From Balneolales bacterium (GTDB taxonomy: Bacteria > Bacteroidota > Rhodothermia > Balneolales > HLUCCA01): 64,000 nt of DNA. The notes under the pieces are model-generated. The model searched no databases. It saw only the letters and a list, made by a program, of their open reading frames with translations, and was not told the origin of the DNA. The translations under genes and the position numbers were made by a program. Location of the stretch: positions 4,015 through 68,014 of the forward strand of contig JBGTBY010000016.1 of the NCBI GenBank assembly GCA_041749075.1, read 5' to 3'. Shown in pieces: positions 8,229 to 17,158 of the stretch (its first letter is position 1; the number at the start of each line of letters is the position of its first letter).

Positions 8229-10604
8229 ATGTTTTTTAAGACCATCCTCCGGAATCTGAAGAAGCACAAAGGCTTCGCATTCATCAATATCGCCGGATTG
8301 TCGTTCGGAATCACCGGCGCGCTGATTCTGTTTCTGATCGTCCGCTTCGATATGGGCTTCAATGCCGAGCCCGATGCCGACCGCATCTACCGCATGGTGG
8401 CCAATGTGGATCGATTCAATGAAGTAAGGACTGAAAGCGGAATCCAGAACCCATTTGCCGAAGCGTTTCGCACGGATTTCCCTGAGTTGGAAGCGCAATC
8501 CATGGTGGATCAGAATTTCACATCACAAGTCGTCTCTGTGATTCGAGACGATGGCCAACTCGTGCGTTTCGAGGAAGGGGATGAGATGATTCTCGTGGAG
8601 CCCGAATTTTTCAAGATGTTCCCCCGGCGTTGGCTTGCCGGCGATCCGGTGTCCGCACTCAGCATTCCGAACTCGGTCGTGGTGTCCGAATCCATCGCCA
8701 AAAAGTACTTCAATACCACGGATGTGATGGGGAAAACCATTCGGTTTAATGGAGAACCATCCACCATCAATGGTGTGGTGAATGATGGACATCGCCAATC
8801 GGATTTGAGATTCAACATATTCAGACCGTTTTTGACGGCGCAAGGACGTCCGGGCTGGAACACGACCTCATCCAACACCCAATATTTTCTGAAGCTGCCG
8901 GTGGGGATGTCGAAAGAGGATGTGGAATCACGTTTGGCCGATTTCAACCTGAAACACATGGAAGAGGAGGAGGCCAAAGCCGTGCGCCGGTTCCTTCAGC
9001 CGTTGTCGGACATGCACTACAACGATGAGTTCGATCAGTTTTTTGGTGGCACAGTCACCTATCAGGAACTGGGTTCGCTCAGTTTGGTCGGCATTCTGCT
9101 GATTCTCATTTCGTGCATCAATTTCGTGAATCTGAACACGGCTCTGGCGGTGAACCGAGCAAAGGAAGTGGGTTTAAGAAAAGTGATGGGAAGCAGCCGT
9201 GCCCAGTTGATCGCCCAATACATGGGAGAAACGGTCCTTGTCACCTTTATTTCGTTTTTACTCGCTTTGGTTCTCACCGAATTGTCGTTGCCGATGATGC
9301 AAGACATTTTATCACGTCCGTTCGGATTGGACCTGTTTTCGGATGCATCCATCCTGATTTTTCTGATCGTATTATTGATTGTGGTGACCCTCGTCGCAGG
9401 CTTGTATCCCGCGTTCGTATTATCCAGTTTCCAGCCGATCGATGCCTTGAAGCATGCGGTGAAAATGAAATCGGATCGGGGCATTACCCTTCGCAAAAGC
9501 TTGGTGGTGTCGCAATTCGTCATCACTCAAATCCTGATCATTGCAACGCTCACCATTCGCTCTCAGATGGAGTATTTCCGGAATGCGGATTTGGGCTTCG
9601 ATCGGGAAGCCGTGGTTCAGACATCCATTCCGAGTCGTGACACCGCAACCATCGATCGACTCAAAGCCTCGCTTCGCTCGGATCCGTCCATCCTCGATTT
9701 CACGTTTTCCAATACCGGCGCGGCATCGAACGGTACGTGGAACACCATTGCACAATATGTCCGTGAAGGCGAAGAACCGTTGCGAACCCGCACGCAGTTC
9801 AAATCCACCGATAACCGGTTCATCTCCACCTATGGAGTCGCGTTATTGGCGGGTTCGGATTTCGGAGAGGTCGATAGTCTGAACGGACTGATCGTGAATG
9901 AGCAATTCCTGCAGTCGATGAATCTGGCTGATGATATGCAAGCTGCGATCGGAATACCCATTCAATCCATGGGTCGCGAGATACCGATTCAAGGCGTGAT
10001 GCGGAATTTCAACACCACATCCCTTCATGATCCAATCGGGCCGGTCATGCTCATGACCCGATCGGATTACTTCTTGCTTGCGATTCGGATCGATATGGAT
10101 CAACGCCAACGGGCGTTGGCCACATTGGAAGAGGCATGGACCGAGGCGTTCCCGGAACGGATTTACGAGTATCAGTTCCTAGACGAATCCATCGCTGAAT
10201 TTTATGACAATGAGGAAGTCGCCGCACGCTTGATGAATTTGTTCACCATACTCACGATCCTGATCGGAAGTCTCGGTTTGTTCGGCTTGGTGAGCCATAT
10301 CGCCGTGCAACGCACCAAAGAAATCGGAATTCGCAAAGTGATGGGAGCCGATAATGGCACCATCGTCATGATGTTCGTGCGCGATTTCGGAACCTTGCTC
10401 ATCGTGTCGTTCGCAATCGCCGCTCCGATTTCGTGGTGGTTGATGCGCCTCTGGCTGGAGAATTTCACCTATCGCATCGAGGTTGGTCCGGCGGTGATGT
10501 TAAGCGGGGCCTTGTTATCCATCCTCATCGCGGCGATCACGGTTGGTTACACCACATACACCTCATCCCGCGCCAACCCCATCGACTCCCTTCGCTACGA
10601 ATAA
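8229..10604 (+). CDS. MacB/FtsX-like ABC transporter permease 1 (duplicated type)
   Basis: FINIAGL, INFVNL..R.KEVGLRKVMG, DLGFD, QRTKEIGIRKVMGA and ANPIDSLRYE motifs. Confidence 0.93.
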   Translation: MFFKTILRNLKKHKGFAFINIAGLSFGITGALILFLIVRFDMGFNAEPDADRIYRMVANVDRFNEVRTESGIQNPFAEAFRTDFPELEAQSMVDQNFTSQVVSVIRDDGQLVRFEEGDEMILVEPEFFKMFPRRWLAGDPVSALSIPNSVVVSESIAKKYFNTTDVMGKTIRFNGEPSTINGVVNDGHRQSDLRFNIFRPFLTAQGRPGWNTTSSNTQYFLKLPVGMSKEDVESRLADFNLKHMEEEEAKAVRRFLQPLSDMHYNDEFDQFFGGTVTYQELGSLSLVGILLILISCINFVNLNTALAVNRAKEVGLRKVMGSSRAQLIAQYMGETVLVTFISFLLALVLTELSLPMMQDILSRPFGLDLFSDASILIFLIVLLIVVTLVAGLYPAFVLSSFQPIDALKHAVKMKSDRGITLRKSLVVSQFVITQILIIATLTIRSQMEYFRNADLGFDREAVVQTSIPSRDTATIDRLKASLRSDPSILDFTFSNTGAASNGTWNTIAQYVREGEEPLRTRTQFKSTDNRFISTYGVALLAGSDFGEVDSLNGLIVNEQFLQSMNLADDMQAAIGIPIQSMGREIPIQGVMRNFNTTSLHDPIGPVMLMTRSDYFLLAIRIDMDQRQRALATLEEAWTEAFPERIYEYQFLDESIAEFYDNEEVAARLMNLFTILTILIGSLGLFGLVSHIAVQRTKEIGIRKVMGADNGTIVMMFVRDFGTLLIVSFAIAAPISWWLMRLWLENFTYRIEVGPAVMLSGALLSILIAAITVGYTTYTSSRANPIDSLRYE

Positions 10605-10607
10605 ATC

Positions 10608-12953
10608 ATGTCGTATCTGATCATCGCCATCCGTCAATTACGCCGTCAATTCGGCTACCATGCGATCACCATCACCGGTTTGGCGGTGAGCATGGCGGTT
10701 TGTCTGATGATCGCGATGTACGTGCAACATGAGCGGTCGTACGACCGGCATTTTCCACAAGCCGAGACCATCTACCGGATCCAATTGAATGAGGAGGTCG
10801 TGGTGACCCCAGTGGCAATGGCACCACGCATGGCTCGGGATATTCCATCCGTGACATCCGTCGCACGTCTGTTTCAAGTCGGCATGTTTTCTCCTGTAGC
10901 CGTGCGAGTCGGTGAAAACTTGTTTGATGAGCCGAATTTCATCTACGCCGATTCAACGATATTTCGTGTGTTCGGACTCGAATTGGCATCTGGAAACCCC
11001 GATATCGCATTGATACGGCCACAAACCGTCGTCCTTAGTCACGAACACGCGAAACGATATTTCGGTGATGAAGACGCGTTGGGCAAAACCATCCGCACCG
11101 ATTCCGGACTCGATTATGAAGTGACCGGAGTCCTGAAACCATTGCCAGCCACATCCCACCTCAAACTGGATATTCTCGCTTCGTTCACATCCACCACATG
11201 GTCGACCCGCGATTGGTGGGGCTCCGCGAATTTCGATACCTATGTGAGAACCGTTCCGGGCACGGATGCGAGTTCGTTGCAAGCGGATATCGACGCCATG
11301 ATGGATCGGGTTCGTGGCGAAACCTCGATTTGGGAACGCATGATTCCGGTTGTGATGCCATTGACCCACATCCGGCTCCGCTTCGAAGGCGCGCAAACCT
11401 ATATCCGGGTCTTCACCGCCATCGGTGTGTTACTGCTTCTCATCGCCAGCATCAATTATATGAATCTGGCCACGGCTCGGGCCACACGGCGCGCCAAGGA
11501 AGTGGGCATTCGAAAATCGAACGGAGCCACCTTCAAGGATTTGGTGACTCAATTTTATGTGGAGGCCTCTCTGATTTGCGGCATCTCCATTCTGCTGGGA
11601 TTCCTGCTTGTGGAACTAAGCACACCACTGTTCGAGCAGATCAGTGGAATCGATGTGACAGGAGGCATATGGCAGCAACCGTGGCTTATCGGCTTCAGTA
11701 TCTTGCTGGCGGTTGGGGTGACCATTGTATCAGGCGGATATCCGGCCTTTGTCTTGTCGCGTTTCGACCCGGTCTTGGTGCTGAAAGGCACGATACCATC
11801 TCATGCCGGTGGCAAACGATTCCGTCAGATCCTGGTGGTGTCGCAGTTCACGGTGTCGATCATCCTAACGGTCGGATCGGTAGCGGTATATCAGCAGCTA
11901 GCGTACATGAAGGAGAAAGATCTGGGTTTCGATGCCACATCCATCCTCACCTTGGCGATCGGAGATCCGAATGTGCGGCAAGTCTGGCCAACATTGAAAC
12001 GTGCGATTTCCACGCATTCGGGTGTGATGTCGGTTACGGCGATGAACTCATTGCCCGGGTTCCAACGTGGCACATATGGCTTGATCGCCGACGGTCTGGA
12101 TGTGCCGGATGGCGGCTATGTTCAAATCCAGGGTGTCGCCGCCGATCCGGATGTGATCCATACGCTCGGACATAGGATGATCGCTGGTTCAACGTACACG
12201 AACCCGGCGGAACAGTATCCTGAATCCGAATCCTACTCGTATGTGGTGAATGAATCGACGGTCAAGGTGCTGGGTTTGACACCGGAAGAAGCGATCGGAT
12301 GGCGGATGGGGGTTTCGCAAGGTCGCATGGGTGTCATCTCGGGAGTGGTTCGGGATTTCCACTATCTGTCGATGCATGAACCCATCGGACCCTTGGCGTA
12401 TTTCCCGGAATCCGATTTCAATTATCTGCTAGTGAAATTGAGTCCGGGTGATCAACGAGAAGCGCTCGCCCACATCGAAACACAATGGAATGCTATCGTA
12501 CCGCATCGGCCGTTCGAGTATCGATACTTGGACGATGCGCTCGATAGTCTGTACTCCACGGAAGACCGTTTAGGGAAGCTCTTTGTCGTGTTCACGTTCT
12601 TGGCCTTGTTTGTGGGCTGCATCGGTCTGTTCGGATTGGCGAGTTTTTCGGCATCCCAACGCACAAAAGAAATTGGTGTCCGCAAAGTCCTCGGCGCTCG
12701 AATCCCCGATATCATGATGATGCTCAGTCGCGAATATGTGATTTTGGTGTCTGTGGCCGTTCTGCTGGCTATCTATCCGTCGTATTGGATGGTTGATCGG
12801 TGGCTCACTCAATTCTCGTATCGGATGGAGTTCGGATACTCCATTTTTGCGTTTGCGACGGTCATCGCACTGACGCTAGCCATTCTGGCGGTCAGCTCCC
12901 AAAGCATGAAAGCCGCTCTGTCCAATCCATCCGATTCGCTTCGACAAGATTGA
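10608..12953 (+). CDS. MacB/FtsX-like ABC transporter permease 2
   Basis: INYMNLATARATRRAKEVGIRK, DLGFD and QRTKEIGVRKVLGA motifs. Confidence 0.93.
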   Translation: MSYLIIAIRQLRRQFGYHAITITGLAVSMAVCLMIAMYVQHERSYDRHFPQAETIYRIQLNEEVVVTPVAMAPRMARDIPSVTSVARLFQVGMFSPVAVRVGENLFDEPNFIYADSTIFRVFGLELASGNPDIALIRPQTVVLSHEHAKRYFGDEDALGKTIRTDSGLDYEVTGVLKPLPATSHLKLDILASFTSTTWSTRDWWGSANFDTYVRTVPGTDASSLQADIDAMMDRVRGETSIWERMIPVVMPLTHIRLRFEGAQTYIRVFTAIGVLLLLIASINYMNLATARATRRAKEVGIRKSNGATFKDLVTQFYVEASLICGISILLGFLLVELSTPLFEQISGIDVTGGIWQQPWLIGFSILLAVGVTIVSGGYPAFVLSRFDPVLVLKGTIPSHAGGKRFRQILVVSQFTVSIILTVGSVAVYQQLAYMKEKDLGFDATSILTLAIGDPNVRQVWPTLKRAISTHSGVMSVTAMNSLPGFQRGTYGLIADGLDVPDGGYVQIQGVAADPDVIHTLGHRMIAGSTYTNPAEQYPESESYSYVVNESTVKVLGLTPEEAIGWRMGVSQGRMGVISGVVRDFHYLSMHEPIGPLAYFPESDFNYLLVKLSPGDQREALAHIETQWNAIVPHRPFEYRYLDDALDSLYSTEDRLGKLFVVFTFLALFVGCIGLFGLASFSASQRTKEIGVRKVLGARIPDIMMMLSREYVILVSVAVLLAIYPSYWMVDRWLTQFSYRMEFGYSIFAFATVIALTLAILAVSSQSMKAALSNPSDSLRQD

Positions 12954-12984
12954 GGCAAGAAGTCGAATCCGTTATATTTGGGAT

Positions 12985-13440
12985 GTGAAACACCTCATCC
13001 TCATTCCGATACTGATGACTCTTTTCTCCGCGTGCTCTTTCTGGAGCGTGGATGAAAAAGGATTGCAGTTGACGATGGATTCGTCCACGTACGACGTCAA
13101 TCAATTGGCCTGGCTTGAAATCCGCAATTTCACCGATTCGCCCGTGTATGTGAAAGGCTGCACGGTGGTTTATCCGCTCTATGCCGTGCAAAAGCGCAAT
13201 GAGGATGGATCCTTTACAGATGTGTATCGACAGGCGTGTTTACAAGGAGGCGCTTCGGCTCGTAAAGTCGACGTCGAATCGGCAAGCCGAATTCAAATGA
13301 GGGTGCGTATGGATTTGGGACGCGGGGATGTTCCAACCGGCACGTATCGGGTATTTGTGCAAATGCATCGACTAGCCGACACAAGCGATACCCCGATCGA
13401 CACGACCATCACGGTGAGCCATTCCTTTTTTGTCAGATAA
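12985..13440 (+). CDS. Hypothetical lipoprotein (Ig-like fold suspected)
   Basis: GTG start, signal peptide ending FSA-C, beta-rich sequence; TATATTTG box at 12973-12980. Confidence 0.7.
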   Translation: MKHLILIPILMTLFSACSFWSVDEKGLQLTMDSSTYDVNQLAWLEIRNFTDSPVYVKGCTVVYPLYAVQKRNEDGSFTDVYRQACLQGGASARKVDVESASRIQMRVRMDLGRGDVPTGTYRVFVQMHRLADTSDTPIDTTITVSHSFFVR

Positions 13441-13514
13441 GTGTGACCAATGCCCGCAACTTGTGGCATCATCGACCTTATAAACGTCTTTCACAAATAT
13501 CTAACAGGTTGAGC

Positions 13515-14573
13515 ATGAAACGCATCATTACTATTTTTTTAGTCAGTCTTCTCTATACCGTACCTGGTCACGCACAAATCAACTTAGGAGTCAATGAAAC
13601 GGGCCTGAGTATCGGTAATTCTCGAAATTGGATGGGTGTCCGCTTGAATTTCAGAGATTTGGATATCGAAGAAATTCGTGGTGTGAACATCACCATTTGG
13701 TCGCCCTATGAACCAGCGACCGGCCGAATTCGTGGGCTCGCCATCGGTCTCCCTTCCACAGGCGCCGGATCCATTGATGGAATCGGAATCGGCCTGCTCG
13801 GAATTGCCGCCACTGATAATCTGAATGGTTTCATGGTTGGTGGTGTGGGCGCTGGGGCAGGAAACAACATCACAGGTGTGGCATTTGGTGGACTTGGTCT
13901 TGGTGCCGGTGGTGATATTTCGGGTATCGCATTCGGTGGATTCGGATTGGGTGCTGGTGGCGACATCACCGGAATTTCGTTCGGTGGATTCGGATTGGGC
14001 GCCGGCGGCGACATCACAGGTATTTCGGTCGGCGGATTCGGATTGGCCGCAGGTGAGAATCTCACCGGAGCTTCCGCAGCTTTATTCGGGATGGGAGCCG
14101 GAAACAATATGACCGGCATCGGAATCGCCGGATTCGGGATGGGAGCGGGTGGCGACATGACTGGTATTCATATCGCAGGCTTCGGACTCGGAGCCGGTGG
14201 TGATATCACAGGATTTCAGTTTGGTGGATTCGGACTTGGAGCCGGCGGAACCATCACAGGCGCCAACATCGCGCTGGTTGGAATTGGAGCCGAAGCCATT
14301 AATGGATTCAGCTTGTCTGCGACCATGAGAGCCGATCACATTTCGGGCCTCACGCTTGCCCCTGCATTTGCCCGCATCAATCCGGGTGGTGAACTTCATG
14401 GCATCAGTTTGGCAGGGTATCATGAAGTCCGTGGCCATACAAGTGGGTTGACCATCGGCATCATCAACTACACACGCACACTCAAAGGCGTGCAATTGGG
14501 ACTGATCAACATGGTCGATCGTAACCCGCGCGGACGTCGTGTCTTGCCATTGGTGAACTGGAATTTCAATTGA
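13515..14573 (+). CDS. Secreted glycine-rich 16-aa repeat protein (LA_2272-like surface repeat)
   Basis: Signal peptide MKRIITIFLV...AQ; about ten GLGAGGDITGISFGGF-type repeats; C-terminus GVQLGLIN...LPLVNWNFN. Start moved to ATG 13515. Confidence 0.8.
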   Translation: MKRIITIFLVSLLYTVPGHAQINLGVNETGLSIGNSRNWMGVRLNFRDLDIEEIRGVNITIWSPYEPATGRIRGLAIGLPSTGAGSIDGIGIGLLGIAATDNLNGFMVGGVGAGAGNNITGVAFGGLGLGAGGDISGIAFGGFGLGAGGDITGISFGGFGLGAGGDITGISVGGFGLAAGENLTGASAALFGMGAGNNMTGIGIAGFGMGAGGDMTGIHIAGFGLGAGGDITGFQFGGFGLGAGGTITGANIALVGIGAEAINGFSLSATMRADHISGLTLAPAFARINPGGELHGISLAGYHEVRGHTSGLTIGIINYTRTLKGVQLGLINMVDRNPRGRRVLPLVNWNFN

Positions 14574-14577
14574 TGGG

Positions 14578-14662
14578 TGTCCGGTAACGGACAAGATTCT
14601 GTATCGAAACCGGACAATGGAACGCTGTCCGGTATCATGGGGTGTGTTGGTACGACCTTTGT
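14578..14662 (+). promoter_or_regulatory. Sigma-54 promoter with tandem activator sites
   Basis: TGTCCGGTAACGGACA (14578-14593), TGTATCGAAACCGGACA (14600-14616) and TTGGTACGACCTTTGT (GG at 14649). Confidence 0.65.
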
Positions 14663-14674
14663 GCCGCACACCCT

Positions 14675-17095
14675 ATGTTGTTTAACTACCTATTGATCGC
14701 ACTGCGGAATATCCGCCGACACAAGGCGTATGCCTTCATCAACATCACCGGGCTGGCTGTGGGCCTCACGGCATTCATCTTCATCTTTCTGTATGTGCAA
14801 GATGAACTGAGTTTCGACCGATATCATGAGGATGCGGATCGGATTGTACGCATCAGCCGCGAGTGGAAAAACCAGAACAACGAAACGAGTTTGCATCTAG
14901 GCGCCATCGCGCCACCCTTCCTTCCGTTGATTCGCACCCAGTTCGGAGAGCAGATCGAAGCATCGACTCGCATCCTAGCCAATTTCAGTTCCTTGCTGAG
15001 TGTCGACGACCTTCACATTCAGGAACGTGGTGGCATTTTCTTCGTGGAACCTGATTTTTTCAGGGTTTTTTCCATCCCATTGATTGAAGGCGATTCCAAA
15101 TCTGCCTTGAGTGGCGTGAATAGCTTGGTTCTAACCCGTTCAGCCGCAAAACGCTATTTCGGGGATGAGGACCCGATCGGTCGCACCATCCTGTATAACA
15201 GCTCTGCGCCTCTTGTTGTGACTGGAATCATCGAGGATGTGCCTTCGAACACGCATTTCCAATTTCAGGTGCTCGTGTCGTTCCGTGCAGTTGAGCAACA
15301 ATTAGGCGAGACCTTCATGACGACGAACTTCGGAAGCAACAACTATTACACGTATGTGAAATTGAAGGAAGGGGTGGATCTGCGCGAGTTCGAATCACAA
15401 CTGCCAGGATTGATCGATTCCCAATTCGCCGCTGCGCCCACGGGTCAGCTCGCTTCGCAATTCAACATTTTGCATGTTTGGCCGATCACATCCATCCATC
15501 TGAATTCGAATCTGGATTCCGAGATTGGCACCAATAGCGATATCGGCTATGTGTGGATTTATTCCATCGTTGGATTATTCATCCTGGCCATTGCTTGCAT
15601 CAATTTCATGAATCTGTCGACCGCCCGATACGGCGACCGCATGAAGGAAATCGGGATGCGGAAAGTGATGGGTGCGGATCGTGCCTCCTTGATCCGTCAA
15701 TTCCTTGGAGAATCGATCCTGTTCACGTTGATCGCTTTGTTCATATCGATCATTTTAGTGGAGTTGGGGATGTCCTCGTTCAATGAGTTCGCCAATAAAG
15801 AGGTCGGACTGAATGTGCTGCAAGATCCGTGGCTTGTTCCTGGTCTTCTGCTGGTCGCGATGTTGGTAGGCGTTCTTGCAGGAAGTTACCCGGCGCTATT
15901 TCTGTCATCGTTTCAGCCTCAGGCCATCCTCAAAGGCGAGTTGACCACAGGAAAGGGTCCGATTCGGTTCCGTTCCGCGTTGGTGGTGCTTCAATTCACG
16001 ATATCCATCGGGTTGATGGTGTCCATGGGCATCGTGTATAGCCAGTTGGATTACATCCAAGAAAAAGAACTCGGATTTGAGTCGGAGCAGATTCTGACAT
16101 TACCCGGGAGCACCGAAATCAGCAATCGTTATAGCGATCTCGAATCGAAGTGGCGGATGCAGCCCGGAATCGTGGATGTCGCCTTGGCGAGCCGCATCCC
16201 TTCTGGTCGACTTCTGGATTCGCAAGGCGGGCAAGCCGAGGTGAATGGTGATATCGTACCCATCACCTTTCGAATCGCCGACATCCATGTGAGTCATGAG
16301 TATCTGAACACCTTCGGGATGTCGATCGTGGCTGGTCGCAATTTCGACCGCAATCTGACGAGCGATTCCCTTCAAGCGTTCATCATCAATGAAATGGCCG
16401 TTCAAAAAATCGGATGGACTACCCCGGAAGAGGCGATCGGAAAGCGGTTCAATTATGGGAACCGCTCCGGTTATGTGATCGGCATCGTGAAGGATCATCA
16501 TTTTGAAAACCTACGTCAAGCGATCTCTCCGATGGTGTACATGATTACATCCGGACGCGCGAATGCTGTCGTGTTTCGCTACGCCGAATCGTATAAAGAC
16601 GATGTGATGGCCTACTTGGAATCGGAATGGGCCTATTTACGTCCAAACTTCCCCTTCGCACCAACATTCATCGACGAGGCCTTTCAATCGCAATATGAAT
16701 CGGAAGCCACATTAGGAACCCTTTTCGGATTGTTCGCGGGCCTGGCGGTTGCGATCGCGGCCTTGGGCTTGTTCGGACTCGCCTCATTTTCCGTCCAGCG
16801 TCGAATGAAAGAAATGAGCATCCGGAAGGTGATGGGAGCGAGTATCCACTCTATCCTGATGTTGCTCAATGTGGAATTTCTCAAACTGGTCGGCATTTCG
16901 TTTGTGATCGCATCCCCGATTGTCTGGGTTTTGATGAGTTCCTGGTTGGAGACCTTCGCTTATCATACCCACATCCGTATCACACTGTTTGCGATAGCTG
17001 GAATTGGTGCATTGGCGATCGCACTGATCACTGTTTTGGGTCAAACTCTCAAAGCGGCGGCTCAAAATCCTGTGGAGTCGTTGCGCCAAAATTGA
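14675..17095 (+). CDS. MacB/FtsX-like ABC transporter permease 3
   Basis: MLFNYLLIALRN start, INFMNLSTAR, KELGFE and NPVESLRQN motifs. Confidence 0.93.
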   Translation: MLFNYLLIALRNIRRHKAYAFINITGLAVGLTAFIFIFLYVQDELSFDRYHEDADRIVRISREWKNQNNETSLHLGAIAPPFLPLIRTQFGEQIEASTRILANFSSLLSVDDLHIQERGGIFFVEPDFFRVFSIPLIEGDSKSALSGVNSLVLTRSAAKRYFGDEDPIGRTILYNSSAPLVVTGIIEDVPSNTHFQFQVLVSFRAVEQQLGETFMTTNFGSNNYYTYVKLKEGVDLREFESQLPGLIDSQFAAAPTGQLASQFNILHVWPITSIHLNSNLDSEIGTNSDIGYVWIYSIVGLFILAIACINFMNLSTARYGDRMKEIGMRKVMGADRASLIRQFLGESILFTLIALFISIILVELGMSSFNEFANKEVGLNVLQDPWLVPGLLLVAMLVGVLAGSYPALFLSSFQPQAILKGELTTGKGPIRFRSALVVLQFTISIGLMVSMGIVYSQLDYIQEKELGFESEQILTLPGSTEISNRYSDLESKWRMQPGIVDVALASRIPSGRLLDSQGGQAEVNGDIVPITFRIADIHVSHEYLNTFGMSIVAGRNFDRNLTSDSLQAFIINEMAVQKIGWTTPEEAIGKRFNYGNRSGYVIGIVKDHHFENLRQAISPMVYMITSGRANAVVFRYAESYKDDVMAYLESEWAYLRPNFPFAPTFIDEAFQSQYESEATLGTLFGLFAGLAVAIAALGLFGLASFSVQRRMKEMSIRKVMGASIHSILMLLNVEFLKLVGISFVIASPIVWVLMSSWLETFAYHTHIRITLFAIAGIGALAIALITVLGQTLKAAAQNPVESLRQN

Positions 17096-17158
17096 ACCCT
17101 CAATTGGTAACCGACTTGTGTATATTGTGCTATCCGTACACAATAGTTCAGGCCCCCG

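Noticed and set aside
11198-12175. 325-aa alternate-frame ORF inside permease 2
   Set aside because: Fully nested with no recognisable motifs; a codon-bias shadow.
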